DNA from: Eledone cirrhosa
Taxonomy: Eukaryota
Direction of reading: 5' to 3'
NCBI GenBank assembly: GCA_964016885.1
Contig: OZ024763.1
Span: 21,266,001 to 21,330,000 of the forward strand
Length of the DNA stretch: 64,000 bases
The translations under genes were made by a program, and so were the position numbers. The notes beneath the pieces were generated by a model. That model had not been told where the DNA came from. It did not search any database and saw only the letters and a list, made by a program, of their open reading frames with translations. Within the stretch, counting starts at the first letter, position 1. Each line of letters begins with the position of its first letter. Shown here in pieces: positions 41,575-54,509 of this stretch.

Positions 41575-41990
41575 GTTCATTTATTCCTGGGAGTGACATG
41601 GGGAAGGGGCAGAACCCTCAAACACTCTTCCCAGTGGGTCTTGTCAGAAGCAACTGTCTCCAACTGGTCTGGCTGAATTTCCAAGTAAACCAGCTGAGCT
41701 CTGTGTCTTCTTAAGGTCTCCTGCCAGTTTGTTTTGCTCGTAAAAATCTGTCCAGTAATTCTTTCTTGAGACATTCTAACCAAATACCCATAGCATCGGA
41801 GCTGTGATCTCTCAATTAGTGATTATCTTAACTCTGAGATACACATTCTATTGAGTAACGTTACTCCAAAGACCCTTCGAAGGAACCCCATTTCGGCCAC
41901 TTGTATTCACGTTATTACCCAAGATCCATAGCCATAAGTAAGGGTTGGTACAAATACTGAATTGAAGATAGCGAGTTTGGTTTTTACACC
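41575..41990 (-). mobile_element. RTE-clade LINE 3' fragment
   Basis: Degenerate LTYGYGSWVI...IERSQLRCYGYLVRMSQERI. Confidence 0.7.
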
Positions 41991-42820
41991 TACCTCCCTT
42001 AAGGTTACTGAATGCTGAAGCTGGCGCAAAACAGCACCAGCTTCTACAATTCTTAAAACCACTTGAGACCAGAATTAAAATGACTACTTTTAGTCTTGTA
42101 TTCTCTAAGGAATAACAAACAACATTTGAAGATTTAGCAAGGTGTATTTAGCAAGGTTGTATTTTGACATTGAATTTCCTATCGTATTGATATTTGTCAT
42201 ATTCTTTATAAGTTGTTGTTATTGATAGTTCAATAATTTTGGTAGTTACAAAAGACTGTATCAGTTTCATCAGGAAATTTAGAAAAGATTCTTAAAATAG
42301 ATTCCTGTCACTTAGTTATTTATCTTTTGAAAAAAAAAGAATAGATAGATAAGTATTTTAAGAATTTACATTCTGTAACATATTTCATATACTTGTGTAT
42401 CTGTGCCTGTGACTGAGTGCTTGTGTATATATATATTTATATATATATAAAAACACAGTCCACGCTGTAATGTGGCCATGTAGGTAACACGGTAAAAAGT
42501 TCCCAGTTCCACACTGTAAATGTGGTTGGTGTTAGGAAGGGCATCCAGCCGTAGAAAACCTGCCAGATAGTCCTTGCATCAAGTGGGACAACTCCCGTCT
42601 AACCCATGCTAGTGTGGAAGATGGACGTTAAACGAAGATGATGATGATGATGATATATATATATATATATACAGTTTTCCAAGAGATGGTGATGTGAATA
42701 GACCTGTTTTTTATCTCTAGAAAATCTTTTTTCGTTTCTGCCACCCCCACCCTCCCAATCTTTATTTTTGTGTAGTGATATATCTTCTATCTTTCTATTT
42801 TTTCATAATTTATCATTCTA

Positions 42821-42856
42821 TTTTCTGATGAAGGACTAGCATCTGAAACATTAAGA
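42821..42856 (+). ncRNA. Decayed family B hammerhead
   Basis: tttt CTGATGA aggactagcatct GAAA ca TT aaga. Confidence 0.5.
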
Positions 42857-42967
42857 CTGTTCTCCTGCTATATCAAGCGTGAAACAAATAATATATTTCT
42901 TCATTGTACTGTGTCATTTGCTTTGTTATTTCTGGTTGCCTTGTGCATGCATACACAAATATATATA

Positions 42968-43103
42968 TGAATTAGCCGTCGAAACGGCTTGAGCTCAGCC
43001 GTCGGGGTCTTACTGGTTCCTATTACCCACTCTACTACCCTAAGTATTGAGTACTTTGGTGCGTTATGGTCCACCTGGTTCCTTACCACATTTCCTTCGT
43101 TAT
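42968..43103 (+). mobile_element. Family F element (no inverted arm)
   Basis: aattagccgtcGAAACggcttgagctcagccGTCggggtc...ccttaccacatttccttcgttata. Confidence 0.75.
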
Positions 43104-43260
43104 ATGAATATATATATATATACGAGAAAGACCACAAACCCTCCATCTCAATTCTACTTTTGCAAAGCATAAGAACTGTGAAACTGGTAAAGGAAACAAA
43201 TAAATATTCTTAAAAAGACTCCAGTTGCATTTTCGATTTCTTTTTCTTATATATATATAT

Positions 43261-43342
<82 letters not shown>

Positions 43343-43345
43343 ATA

Positions 43346-43548
43346 TGTTAACCTTGGTCTTCCTCTTCTAGTGTGTCCATGTAGGGGCTCCCAAAGGAGC
43401 ACTGAGTGCAATGACAACTCTGGATGTCGGTGAGCATGTCCAGCCAACCTCTGTGTCACTTTTGAGCTGACTTTTGGGATGCTCCCATCCCATACAGCTC
43501 TGAGTTTTCCATCCTCAGTGTATACTGATTAATGTTCAGAGCCATCCT
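43346..43548 (-). mobile_element. RTE family A fragment
   Basis: Matches 26-232. Confidence 0.85.
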
Positions 43549-43549
43549 C

Positions 43550-43595
<46 letters not shown>

Positions 43596-45079
43596 TACAC
43601 ATGCACTACACACACATATATATGTGTATATATATATATGAAAGCACATATGTCTAGGAAACAGCAAGCAGAATTTGACAATTGAATTAGAAGATGTCAC
43701 CGTGACTTTGACTAAATGAATTAAGTCTAATAGTAACAGGGTGTATAAACCCACTGAACGGGGGAAAATGGGCATCTGTACACATGTAGATGTATGTGAG
43801 GGGGTATATATGTGGGTGTTTATGTATGTGTATGTGGGTGTGTATGTATATTTGTTTGTTTGTATGTATGTGTGTATGTGGGTGTGTATGTATATTTGCT
43901 TGTATGTATGTGTGTATTTGCTTGTATGTATGTATGTGGGTGTGTATGTATGTGGGTGTGTATATGTGTGTGTATGTAAATGTATGTTTGTTTGTATGTG
44001 TGTGTTTTCTTCAGTGTTTGTGGGTGTTTGTGAATGTGTATGTGTGTCTGTGTATGTAAGTGTATGTGTGTGTATATATGTGTATATATTTATGTGCGTG
44101 TGTGTGTATAATACAATATTTTTTTATATATTTTCAAAGTTAATCATCAAGAAATTCATATATTAAGTTTCTTTCTTTGACTAAAGAATTCTAATGTCTT
44201 TGTTTTGGTGTATTGGGTTTCCTTGAATGAACGTCATTCTCATTAGAGGAGACAAGACAAGCCAACAATAAAACAAAACTAAAGACAAAAAATACAGAAA
44301 ATAACCCCCCCCCCCCAAAGTAAAGAAGAAACATAAAAACCAAATATATATACCAAAAAATATCAAAAATACCCCCCCCCCCAAAAAAAATACCCCCCCC
44401 CCCCAAACCCCTAAAAACAATAACAACACCAAAAAGACGACAAACAAAACAAAAATATACAAAAGAAAAAAGAAAATAACCCCCCCCTCTCCCGCAATAC
44501 AAACAAGAAAACAAAGAAATTAATTATATTTCATGTATGTATATGTTGTTGTTGTTATTGTTGTGGGGTGGGGATGTATCTTGTTGTTATTGTTGTTGTG
44601 GGGTGGGGGATGTATTTTGTTGTTTTTGTGGGGTGGAGATGTATTTTGTTGTTGTTTCGTGGGGTGGGGATCTATATATATATATTTTTTTGTTGTATTC
44701 TTTTCTTGATACGAACATAAGAAAGCTTGTATTTATTCATTACTTTACCCCAGGGTACATACTCCCCCGCACCGAACCCCCACTGCCATCACTTACACAC
44801 AGTTCAGTATGATGGTACTTTCTGCTGCTGCTACTACTACCACCACTACTACTACTACCACTTCTACTACTATTATTATTGTTGTTGTTAGTATTGGTAG
44901 TAGGGGTGACGGTACTGGTGGTAGTAGTAGTAGCAGCAGCAGTAGTAGCAGTAGTATTCAACATCAAAGATGGATGAGTAATGTTGAGTGCTTTTCCTCT
45001 AATACATCATGATTAATTATACGGAATGACCAGTTCTATACAGTGGTGAACCAGCAAACTTAAATGAATATATATATAT

Positions 45080-45126
45080 AGTAATAATAAATGTGAAGAC
45101 TGAAATCCGAAGAGGGCTCGATAAGG

Positions 45127-45171
<45 letters not shown>

Positions 45172-45340
45172 ACCCGTAGAGCAAATATTTATTATACATA
45201 CAGCTTAAAGTTTAAGCAAATAATCACTACTTTCACCTCTTTACGGGATCTTCTGAAACTCAGAGTTTCAGAAGATCCCGTAAAAGGGTGAAAGCAGTGA
45301 TTCTTTGCTTAAACTTTAATCTGTATGTATAATAAATATG
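45080..45340 (-). mobile_element. Family E element with 77-bp-arm palindrome centred at 45262
   Basis: 45185-45261 versus 45263-45339; tail atccttatcgagccctcttcggatt...cttcacatttattatt also at about 18460 and 28165. Confidence 0.8.
45264..45315 (+). ncRNA. Hammerhead-like motif with CAGAAGA (U4A) core
   Basis: agttt CAGAAGA t-ccc gtaaaa ggg-t GAAA gca gtgattctt tgc TT aaact. Confidence 0.6.
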
Positions 45341-45978
45341 TATCATCATCATCATCATCATCATCATCGTTTAACGTCTATTTTCCACGCTAGCATGGGT
45401 TAGATGGGAGTTGTCTCACTTGAGGCAAGATTTGGTCGGGTGACCGTGCCTCGCTCATATAGGACTATCTGGCAGGTTTTCTACGGCTGGATGCCCTTCC
45501 TAACACCAACCACATTTACAGTGTGGAACTGGGAACTTTTTACCGTGTTACCTACACGGCCACATTACAGCGTGGACTGTGTGTTTTTTTGTTGTGACAC
45601 CTACACGATCTCGATCTCATTATCTCATTTATTTGGACTGGATGTTGTGGTACCAACTTTACAGTGTGGTACCAACTTATATATATATATATATATAAAG
45701 TTATATCTGTACACATACAAAGTGGTCAACCATGACTGCCCCAATGTATATATAAATATATACATATATTTAATGTGTAAATAACTGATAATTTGTTGAT
45801 ATGTTTTTAAAAAGGAAAATAATTTCAAAGTTGAATTCATGAGAAAAAGATAACAAAATCTAATTTTCTATCTTCATAGATCTCATCTTTTCTTCCTTTA
45901 ATCTGAGATATTTCCAATGTCTTCATATTCGTTGTTGTTTTGCACCCTTCCACCTATCTCTCTCTCTATATATATATA

Positions 45979-46055
45979 CAGGCTGTCCCCCCAAAATGTA
46001 TACACATTTTTATTGAAATGCTGTTGAAGTGTGTATATATCTTATGGGGACACCT

Positions 46056-46057
<2 letters not shown>
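45979..46057. mobile_element. Tc1/mariner-type MITE, decayed
   Basis: ta|caggctgtcccccc...ggggacacctgg|ta. Confidence 0.7.
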
Positions 46058-46097
<40 letters not shown>

Positions 46098-46578
46098 ACT
46101 TCTCTCTCCATCTCTCACCTCTACCTCTCTCTTCCTTGCTCCTCTTTTTACACCCCTCTTTCTCTCCTCTCTCTCCCTCCCTCTCTCCCTTTTTTTACTC
46201 TGTTTTTCCCTCTATCTTTCCTCATTTTACACGCCCCCCCCCTCTCTTTGCTCTTTTTGCACTACTTCACTCTTTCCTCGTTTTTTTACACCCCCTCTTT
46301 CTCTTCCCTTTTTTACCACTCGGTCTCTCCCTCTTCTTGTTTAACAACCCCCTCTCCCTCTCTTACCCCCTCTCTCTCTATTTTTACCACCCCTCCCTCT
46401 TATTTACCAACCCCAGTCTCTGTTTCCCTATCTCTCTCTCCTTCCTCTTTTCTAACTTGTTTGCTTAACTGCAGGTATTGATATATCATCATCATCATCA
46501 TTTAACGTCTATCTTCCACACTAGCATGGGTTTAGACGGGAATTGTCCTACTTGAGGCAAGATTGATGTATATATATA

Positions 46579-46676
46579 CAGGGTGTCTCCCAAAAATGTA
46601 CACACTTCACTAACATTCTAATAAATATTGCCTATACAGGTAATCAAAGTGTGTATACATTTTTGGGGACACCCTG
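46579..46676. mobile_element. Tc1/mariner-type MITE (about 98 bp) with TA flanks
   Basis: ta|cagggtgtctcccaaaaatgta...tacatttttggggacaccctg|ta. Confidence 0.85.
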
Positions 46677-47052
46677 TATATATATATATATATATCTTCT
46701 CTTACTTCTTTTTTCCTGTTAAATGATCTTTGCTTTTGAAACTATTGATTTGAAAGCCCCCCCCCCCAAGCCACCACCACCACACCATACCCCACCCCAC
46801 ACATGTTGTGTAGCAGGGAGAGGGCCAGGGTGAGTGGGTTTAGTGGTGAAGTTAGATTGCTTTTTATATAGGTTAGTCTTACATGGTTCATCCATGAATC
46901 ATATTGTAACTGTAGATAGATAGCTGTCAAAGAATATGGCAACTTGGAGTTACGGAATTCCTTAAGCTGGAGGAGCGGAGGAGTGAGCTATTCTTATTGG
47001 GGGGGAAACACATAATTTATAGGATGGTTGGTGTTCACTGAACATCACAGTA

Positions 47053-49460
47053 TATGAGGAGGGTTCAGCTACGAAGTTCATAGTCTGACCAAGATACTCT
47101 CATGGAATGACTAAATGTGGTTTATTTTTCAACAAGTTCATAGTCTGACCAAGATACTCTCATGGAATGACTAAATGTGGTTTATTTTTCAACAAGTTCA
47201 TAGTCTGACCAAGATACTCTCATGGAATGACTAAATGAGGTTTATTTTTCAACAAGTTCATAGTCTGACAAAGATACTCTCATGAAATGACCAAATGAGG
47301 TTTATTTTTCAACAAGTTCATAGTCTGACCAAGATACTCTCATGAAATGACCAAATGTGGTTTATTTTTCAACAAGTTCATAGTCTGACCAAGATACTCT
47401 CATGGAATGACTAAATGTGGTTTATTTTTCAACAAGTTCATAGTCTGACCAAGATACTCTCATGGAATGACTAAATGAGGTTTATTTTTCAACAAGTTCA
47501 TAGTCTGACAAAGATACTCTCATGAAATGACCAAATGAGGTTTATTTTTCAACAAGTTCATAGTCTGACCAAGATACTCTCATGAAATGACCAAATGTGG
47601 TTTATTTTTCAACAAGTTCATAGTCTGACCAAGATACTCTCATGAAATGACTAAATGTGGTTTATTTTTCAACAAGTTCATAGTCTGACCAAGATACTCT
47701 CATGGAATGACTAAATGTGGTTTATTTTTCAACAAGTTCATAGTCTGACCAAGATACTCTCATGGAATGACTAAATGAGGTTTATTTTTCAACAAGTTCA
47801 TAGTCTGACAAAGATACTCTCATGAAATGACCAAATGAGGTTTATTTTTCAACAAGTTCATAGTCTGACCAAGATACTCTCATGAAATGACCAAATGAGG
47901 TTTATTTTTCAACAAGTTCATAGTCTGACCAAGATACTCTCATGAAATGACCAAATGAGGTTTATTTTTCAACAAGTTCATAGTCTGACCAAGATACTCT
48001 CATGAAATGACCAAATGTTGTTTATTTTTCAACAAGTTCATAGTCTGACCAAGATACTCTCATGAAATGACCAAATGTGGTTTATTTTTCAACAAGTTCA
48101 TAGTCTGACCAAGATACTCTCATGAAATGACCAAATGAGGTTTATTTTTCAACAAGTTCATAGTCTGACCAAGATACTCTCATGAAATGACCAAATGAGG
48201 TTTATTTTTCAACAAGTTCATAGTCTGACAAAGATACTCTCATGAAATGATCAAATGAGGTTTATTTTTCAACAAGTTCATAGTCTGACCAAGATACTCT
48301 CATGAAATGACCAAATGAGGTTTATTTTTCAACAAGTTCATAGTCTGACCAAGATACTCTCATGAAATGATCAAATGAGGTTTATTTTTCAACAAGTTCA
48401 TAGTCTGACCAAGATACTCTCATGAAATGACCAAATGAGGTTTATTTTTCAACAAGTTCATAGTCTGACAAAGATACTCTCATGAAATGATCAAATGAGG
48501 TTTATTTTTCAACAAGTTCATAGTCTGACCAAGATACTCTCATGAAATGACCAAATGAGGTTTATTTTTCAACAAGTTCATAGTCTGACCAAGATACTCT
48601 CATGAAATGATCAAATGAGGTTTATTTTTCAACAAGTTCATAGTCTGACCAAGATACTCTCATGAAATGACCAAATGAGGTTTATTTTTCAACAAGTTCA
48701 TAGTCTGACAAAGATACTCTCATGAAATGATCAAATGAGGTTTATTTTTCAACAAGTTCATAGTCTGACCAAGATACTCTCATGAAATGACCAAATGAGG
48801 TTTATTTTTCAACAAGTTCATAGTCTGACCAAGATACTCTCATGAAATGACCAAATGAGGTTTATTTTTCAACAAGTTCATAGTCTGACCAAGATACTCT
48901 CATGAAATGACCAAATGTGGTTTATTTTTCAACAAGTTCATAGTCTGACCAAGATACTCTCATGAAATGACCAAATGAGGTTTATTTTTCAACAAGTTCA
49001 TAGTCTGACAAAGATACTCTCATGAAATGATCAAATGAGGTTTATTTTTCAACAAGTTCATAGTCTGACCAAGATACTCTCATGAAATGACCAAATGTGG
49101 TTTATTTTTCAACAAGTTCATAGTCTGACCAAGATACTCTCATGGAATGACCAAATGAGGTTTATTTTTCAACAAGTTCATAGTCTGACCAAGATACTCT
49201 CATGAAATGACCAAATGAGGTTTATTTTTCAACAAGTTCATAGTCTGACCAAGATACTCTCATGAAATGACCAAATGAGGTTTATTTTTCAACAAGTTCA
49301 TAGTCTGACAAAGATACTCTCATGGAATGACCAAATGAGGTTTATTTTTCAATATAGTTTGTTATTAATAAGAAGAGTTGAAATTAATGCATGCAAGATT
49401 TCACAGCTCTGGCATCACTCTTTTATAGTCAGCCTATGAACCTTTCAGCTGACCCTCATA
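47053..49460. mobile_element. mariner-derived MITE containing a 60-bp x about 38 tandem array (47074-49352)
   Basis: Left end tatgaggagggttcagctacgaagttcatagtctgac; right end gtcagcctatgaacctttcagctgaccctcata; exact 60-bp period. Confidence 0.85.
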
Positions 49461-49479
49461 TATAAACATATAACAAAGA

Positions 49480-49668
49480 GGGTGTGGTAAGGTACCAGGT
49501 GGACCATAACACACCTGAGTACTCAATACTTAGGGTAGTAGAGTGGGTAATAGGAAAAGAGTCAGGACCCCGACGGCTGAGCTCTGGCTGTTTTGACTGC
49601 TAGATTCGACAGTTTGGATCTAGCTGTTGAAACAGCTGGAGCTCAGACGTCGGGGCCCTTACTCTTTT

Positions 49669-49672
<4 letters not shown>
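49480..49672 (-). mobile_element. Fold-back family F
   Basis: Same body; arms aggaaaagagt..ccccgacg.ctgagctc. Confidence 0.75.
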
Positions 49673-49709
<37 letters not shown>

Positions 49710-49711
49710 TT

Positions 49712-50009
49712 TCATTTCATTTTACGTCCACTTTTCCCTGCTTGCAAGGGTGGGACGGGAACTGATTCTGTCTTGATTTCTACAGCTGGATGCCCTTCCT
49801 AACACCAACCTCATTTACAGTGAGTGCTGGGTGCTTTTTTGCCGTGGCACCTCCACGACCACTTTACAGTGGAATGATAGGGACCCCAGTCCCTATCATC
49901 TCATTTCTACAGCTGAGGCACATGGAGGCACATGGCTTAGTGGTTAGAGCATTGGGCTCGCAATCGAAAGGTTGTGAGTTAAATTCTCAGACCGGGTGAT
50001 GTGTTGTTT
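49712..50009 (-). mobile_element. SINE family 1 with inverted 5' part
   Basis: 49712-49916 is the 3' half on the minus strand; 49925-50009 is the head on the plus strand. Confidence 0.8.
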
Positions 50010-50440
50010 GTTATTAATAAGAAGAGTTGAAATATATATATATATATATCATCATCATCATCATCAAATGATGATGATGATGATATATATAATATAATAT
50101 AATATAATATAACAAAAGAGTCTTAACATTTTGGATGTTAGTCCTTCATCAGAAAATAGAATGAGAAATTAAAAATGAAATCAAAATATTGAGGAGATGG
50201 GAGCAGTGGCAGAAACACAAATACAGGTCTATTCATGTCACCATATTCTCAGGGCTTTATGTCAAGAGTTTGGCTTCATACATTGTTTGATGTTATTTAT
50301 TGCTTTATTAGTGATAATTTGACATGGATACTGATCTGATTGGTTGCTGTCAGTGTGTAAAGAAGTAAAGTTATTTATTGTATTTATTCAACCATAGATG
50401 GAAAGATATATATATTTATATGTAGATATAGATATATATA

Positions 50441-51582
50441 ATCATCATCATCATCATCATCAACGTTTAACGTCCGTGTTCCACGCTTGCATGGGTTTGG
50501 ACGGGGGTTTTCCCACTTGAGGCAAGAGTGATTGTCTTGCTCGCATAGGACTGTCTGGCGGGTTTTCTACAGCTGGATGCCCTTCCTAACACCAACCACA
50601 TTTACAGTGTGGGGCTGGGAGGTTTTTACCGTGTTGCCTACACGGCCACATTACAGCGTGGACTGTCTGGCGGGTTTTCTACAGCTGGATGCCCTTCCTA
50701 ACACCAACCACATTTACAGTGTGGGGCTAGGAGGTTTTTACCGTGTTGCCTACACGGCCACATTACAGCGTGGACTGTCTGGCGGGTTTTCTACAGTTGG
50801 ATGCCCTTCCTAACACCAACCACATTTACAGTGTGGGGCTGGGAGGTTTTTACCGTGTTGCCTACACGGCCACATTACAGCGTGGACTGTCTGGCGGGTT
50901 TTCTACAGTTGGATGCCCTTCCTAACACCAACCACATTTACAGTGTGGGGCTGGGAGGTTTTTACCGTGTTGCCTACACGGCCACATTACAGCGTGGACT
51001 GTCTGGCGGGTTTTCTACAGTTGGATGCCCTTCCTAACACCAACCACATTTACAGTGTGCGGCTGGGAGGTTTTTACCGTGTTGCCTACACGGCCACATT
51101 ACAGCGTGGACTGTCTGGCGGGTTTTCTACAGCTGGATGCCCTTCCTAACACCAACCACATTTACAGTGTGGGGCTGGGAGGTTTTTACCGTGTTGCCTA
51201 CACGGCCACATTACAGCGTGGACTGTCTGGCGGGTTTTCTACAGCTGGATGCCCTTCCTAACACCAACCACATTTACAGTGTGGGGCTGGGAGGTTTTTA
51301 CCGTGTTGCCTACATGGCCACTTTACAGCGTGGACTGTGTGTTTTTTGTGGTGACACCTACACGATCTCATTTGTTTCGGCCTGGATGTTGTGGCACCAA
51401 CATAACTTTACATTGAAAGGGGCGGTGTGGATGGGGTGGGGGTGGTGGGACGGGGGTGTATTTTGTTAGAGATGCCTACTGGCTGGAGTAGGTTTTACTT
51501 TGTATTTAGGTAAGGCGGGTCTTCTCTATTACTGAGTACCGCCAAAGGTCTCGGTCCAGTGACATTGTCTTGGAGAGGTGGA
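50441..51582 (-). mobile_element. RTE LINE 3' end with 7 x 112-bp tandem array in the UTR
   Basis: Reverse complement of 38396-38849; MPFLTP ORF starts spaced 112 bp apart. Confidence 0.88.
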
Positions 51583-51610
51583 TAATATATATATATATAT
51601 AATATACACG

Positions 51611-51648
<38 letters not shown>

Positions 51649-51660
51649 ATATAGAAATGG

Positions 51661-51707
51661 CTTCTACAGGACTAGAACTGTTTCGTTCGAAGGAAATCAT
51701 CAGGAAA
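51661..51707 (-). ncRNA. Type I hammerhead motif (family D)
   Basis: Minus strand: ttc CTGATGA t-ttc cttc gaa-c GAAA cag ttctagtc ctg TA gaa. Confidence 0.75.
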
Positions 51708-51817
51708 GCTGACTGCTATGTATTGAGTACCTTACTTACTGTGGTTACCCCCGATTGAACACGCACACACATCTTTATCATCATCATCATCATCATACAT
51801 CCGTTTTTCCCTGCTTG

Positions 51818-51903
<86 letters not shown>

Positions 51904-51934
51904 TGATATAATATATATGTATATATATAATATA

Positions 51935-51965
<31 letters not shown>

Positions 51966-52344
51966 ATATGCTTCTTCTGATGCATTGAGAAGTGGTCTCT
52001 CTGGCAGCACGACAGACTCTCTCTCTCTTTCTCTCTCTCTCTTTCGCTCTCTCTCTATGTATAGAGAGAGAGAGGAGGAGGAGAGATTTGAAAAGCATTC
52101 CATACCTATAATTTAATATTTTCAATGAACAGATAGGTCACCAACTATGACAGTGATTGATGTATATCTAGATATATAAAGTACTAATTAACCAAATACA
52201 CTCTTTTGTTTTTAGAGAGAGAGAAATGTGTGTGTGCCAAGTACTACAAATATATTTTATAATAATGATATTTATTACAGCATGCTCATATCTATATATT
52301 TACACATACAGGCATAGACATGACTGTGTGGTTAAGAAGTTCAT

Positions 52345-53170
52345 GATGGGAATGGTGGCAGTGATGAATGTTGTGAAGAGAAGTGGAGTTAGATGGTTGG
52401 GTCATGTGTTGAGGAAGGGTGGAAGTGACTGGGTGAGAGGGGAATAGTGGCAGTGATGAATGTTGTGAAGAGAAATGGAATGAGATGGTTGAATCATGTG
52501 TGGAGGAAGGATGGAAGTGACTGGGTGAGAGGAATAGAGACAGTGATGAATGTTGCGAAGAGAAGTGGAGTTAGATGGTTGGGTCATGTGTTGAGGAAGG
52601 GTGGAAGTGACTGGGGAGAGGGGAATAGAGACAGTGATGAATGTTGTGAAGAGAAGTGGAGTTAGATGGTTGGGTCATGTGTGGAGGAAGGATGGAAGTG
52701 ACTGGGTGAGAGGAATAGAGACAGTGATGAATGTTGTGAAGAGAAGTGGAGTGAGATGGTTGGGTCATGTGTTGAGGAAGGGTGAAAGTGACTGGGTGAG
52801 AGGGGAATAGAGACAGTGATGAATGTTGTGAAGAGAAGTGGAGTGAGATGGTTGGGTCATGTGTTGAGGAAGGATGGAAGTGACTGGGTGAGAGGGGAAT
52901 AGAGACAGTGATGAATGTTGTGAAGAGAAGTGGAGTGAGATGGTTGGGTCATGTGTTGAGGAAGGGTGGAAGTGACTGGGTGAGAGGGGAATAGAGACAG
53001 TGATGAATGTTGTGAAGAGAAGTGGAGTGAGATGGTTGGGTCATGTGTTGAGGAAGGGTGGAAGTGACTGGGTGAGAGGGGAGTGGTGGGAATAGAGCCA
53101 GTGATGAATGCTTTGAAAAGAAATGGAATGAGAGATGGTTGGGTCATGTGTTGAGGAGAGATGAAAGTGA
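52345..53170 (+). repeat. About 91-bp x 9 tandem array from an RTE ORF2 segment
   Basis: Unit encodes IETVMNVVKRSGVRWLGHVLRKGGSDWV (RxRWxGHVxR motif). Confidence 0.85.
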
Positions 53171-53214
53171 CTAAGTGAGGGGGTGATGGAAATGGATGTG
53201 GAAGGAAAATATTA

Positions 53215-53548
53215 GGTCCTGTAACTCCTGATAGAGTCGTAGGGGCACCGTATTGTCATACAACATTTCTTGAGCATTTCTAAACCTGGCAGAGCCCATC
53301 TCCTCTCCAGGTCTGAATACAGCAGATTTCTTCCAGGGAAGGATAGAGAGAATGAGAGAATGGAAGAGAGAAAGAGATATAGAAGAAGACTAGACCCCCC
53401 CCAGTACTAGACTAGTGCTTTTTTTATCAACCTCGAATAGATGAAAGGCAAAGTTGACCTTGGCAGGATTTGAACTCAGAGAGCCAAACCAAACACAGCA
53501 AGGTATTCTATCCAATTTTCTAATGACTGTCAATTCACCACCTGTGGA
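53215..53548 (-). mobile_element. SINE family 3
   Basis: Reverse-complement homologue of 10983-11345. Confidence 0.65.
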
Positions 53549-54077
53549 AGGAAATAGTGGTAGGTAAAAACGAAAAATGACATGAGTAAAATTGATGAAG
53601 GAGGGAACGAAAGCTTTTAAACACCTATTTGTTGTAGTATGGTCATTAGGAAATTTACAATTCTTCACATCTGTGACATCTTTTTTATCTTTTTTACTTG
53701 TACTTGTCTTTAATCTTGTCCTTTCATTAGCAATTTTGTATGAGAATGGCAATGAAAGCAATGAATGCAATGAAAGCAATCAATCAACTTATTTCAAAAC
53801 ATACAATCTAAATGATCTGAAACAAGAAAAATAAAAGAAAATACATCAGAAATTCATTAGATTAAATCAGCCGTTCAAAGAGTTAAACATGAAAAGATTA
53901 GCTGCCAAGGGGGATTAAGTGATTGTTTCTGCTCCTCTTAAAGTCATTATCAACTAAGATATTACAATATCACATGAGTACCTACTCTAAATCACTGACA
54001 TAAGCTGTAGTCATTAACATATGACATTTGGCATTGAAAATAAAAATAAAAATGTATTCCTTTTCTTTCTGGTGTTA

Positions 54078-54482
54078 AACCTTTAGCATTTAAACCGACT
54101 GTAACCAGCCAGAATTCTCTCACCTCTTTCTGTTCAAGCCGGCTGTAACTGGCCACTCATACTGGCGTTAAGGTATTGTTCTCAAAATAAATAATATCAA
54201 AATCTCACAGATTTGATATTATGTGAGATATTTATGTGAGGTAAAGCCTTTACCATGAAAATACAATAGTATATATAGAGTAATGTAAATGATATGTGAG
54301 GTAAAGCCTTTACCATGAAAATACAATAGTATATATAGAGTAATGTAAATGATAGAGGGTTAAACTGGCTGTATCTGACCACAATTCTTTCACCTCTTTC
54401 TGTTAAAACTGACTGTAACTGGCCACTCATACTGATGTTAAGGTATTATTCTGAAAATAAATAACATCAAAATCTCATAGAT
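54078..54482. mobile_element. piggyBac-like MITE with internal 62-bp duplication and a partial tandem copy
   Basis: acctttagcatttaaa...gatagagggttaa; homologous to 18201-18420. Confidence 0.7.
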
Positions 54483-54509
54483 GTGCCACTGGTGCAGCCT
54501 GTCGTTGGG

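Noticed and set aside
47074-49352. CRISPR-like array
   Set aside because: Head-to-tail units with no unique spacers, no cas genes and a eukaryotic context
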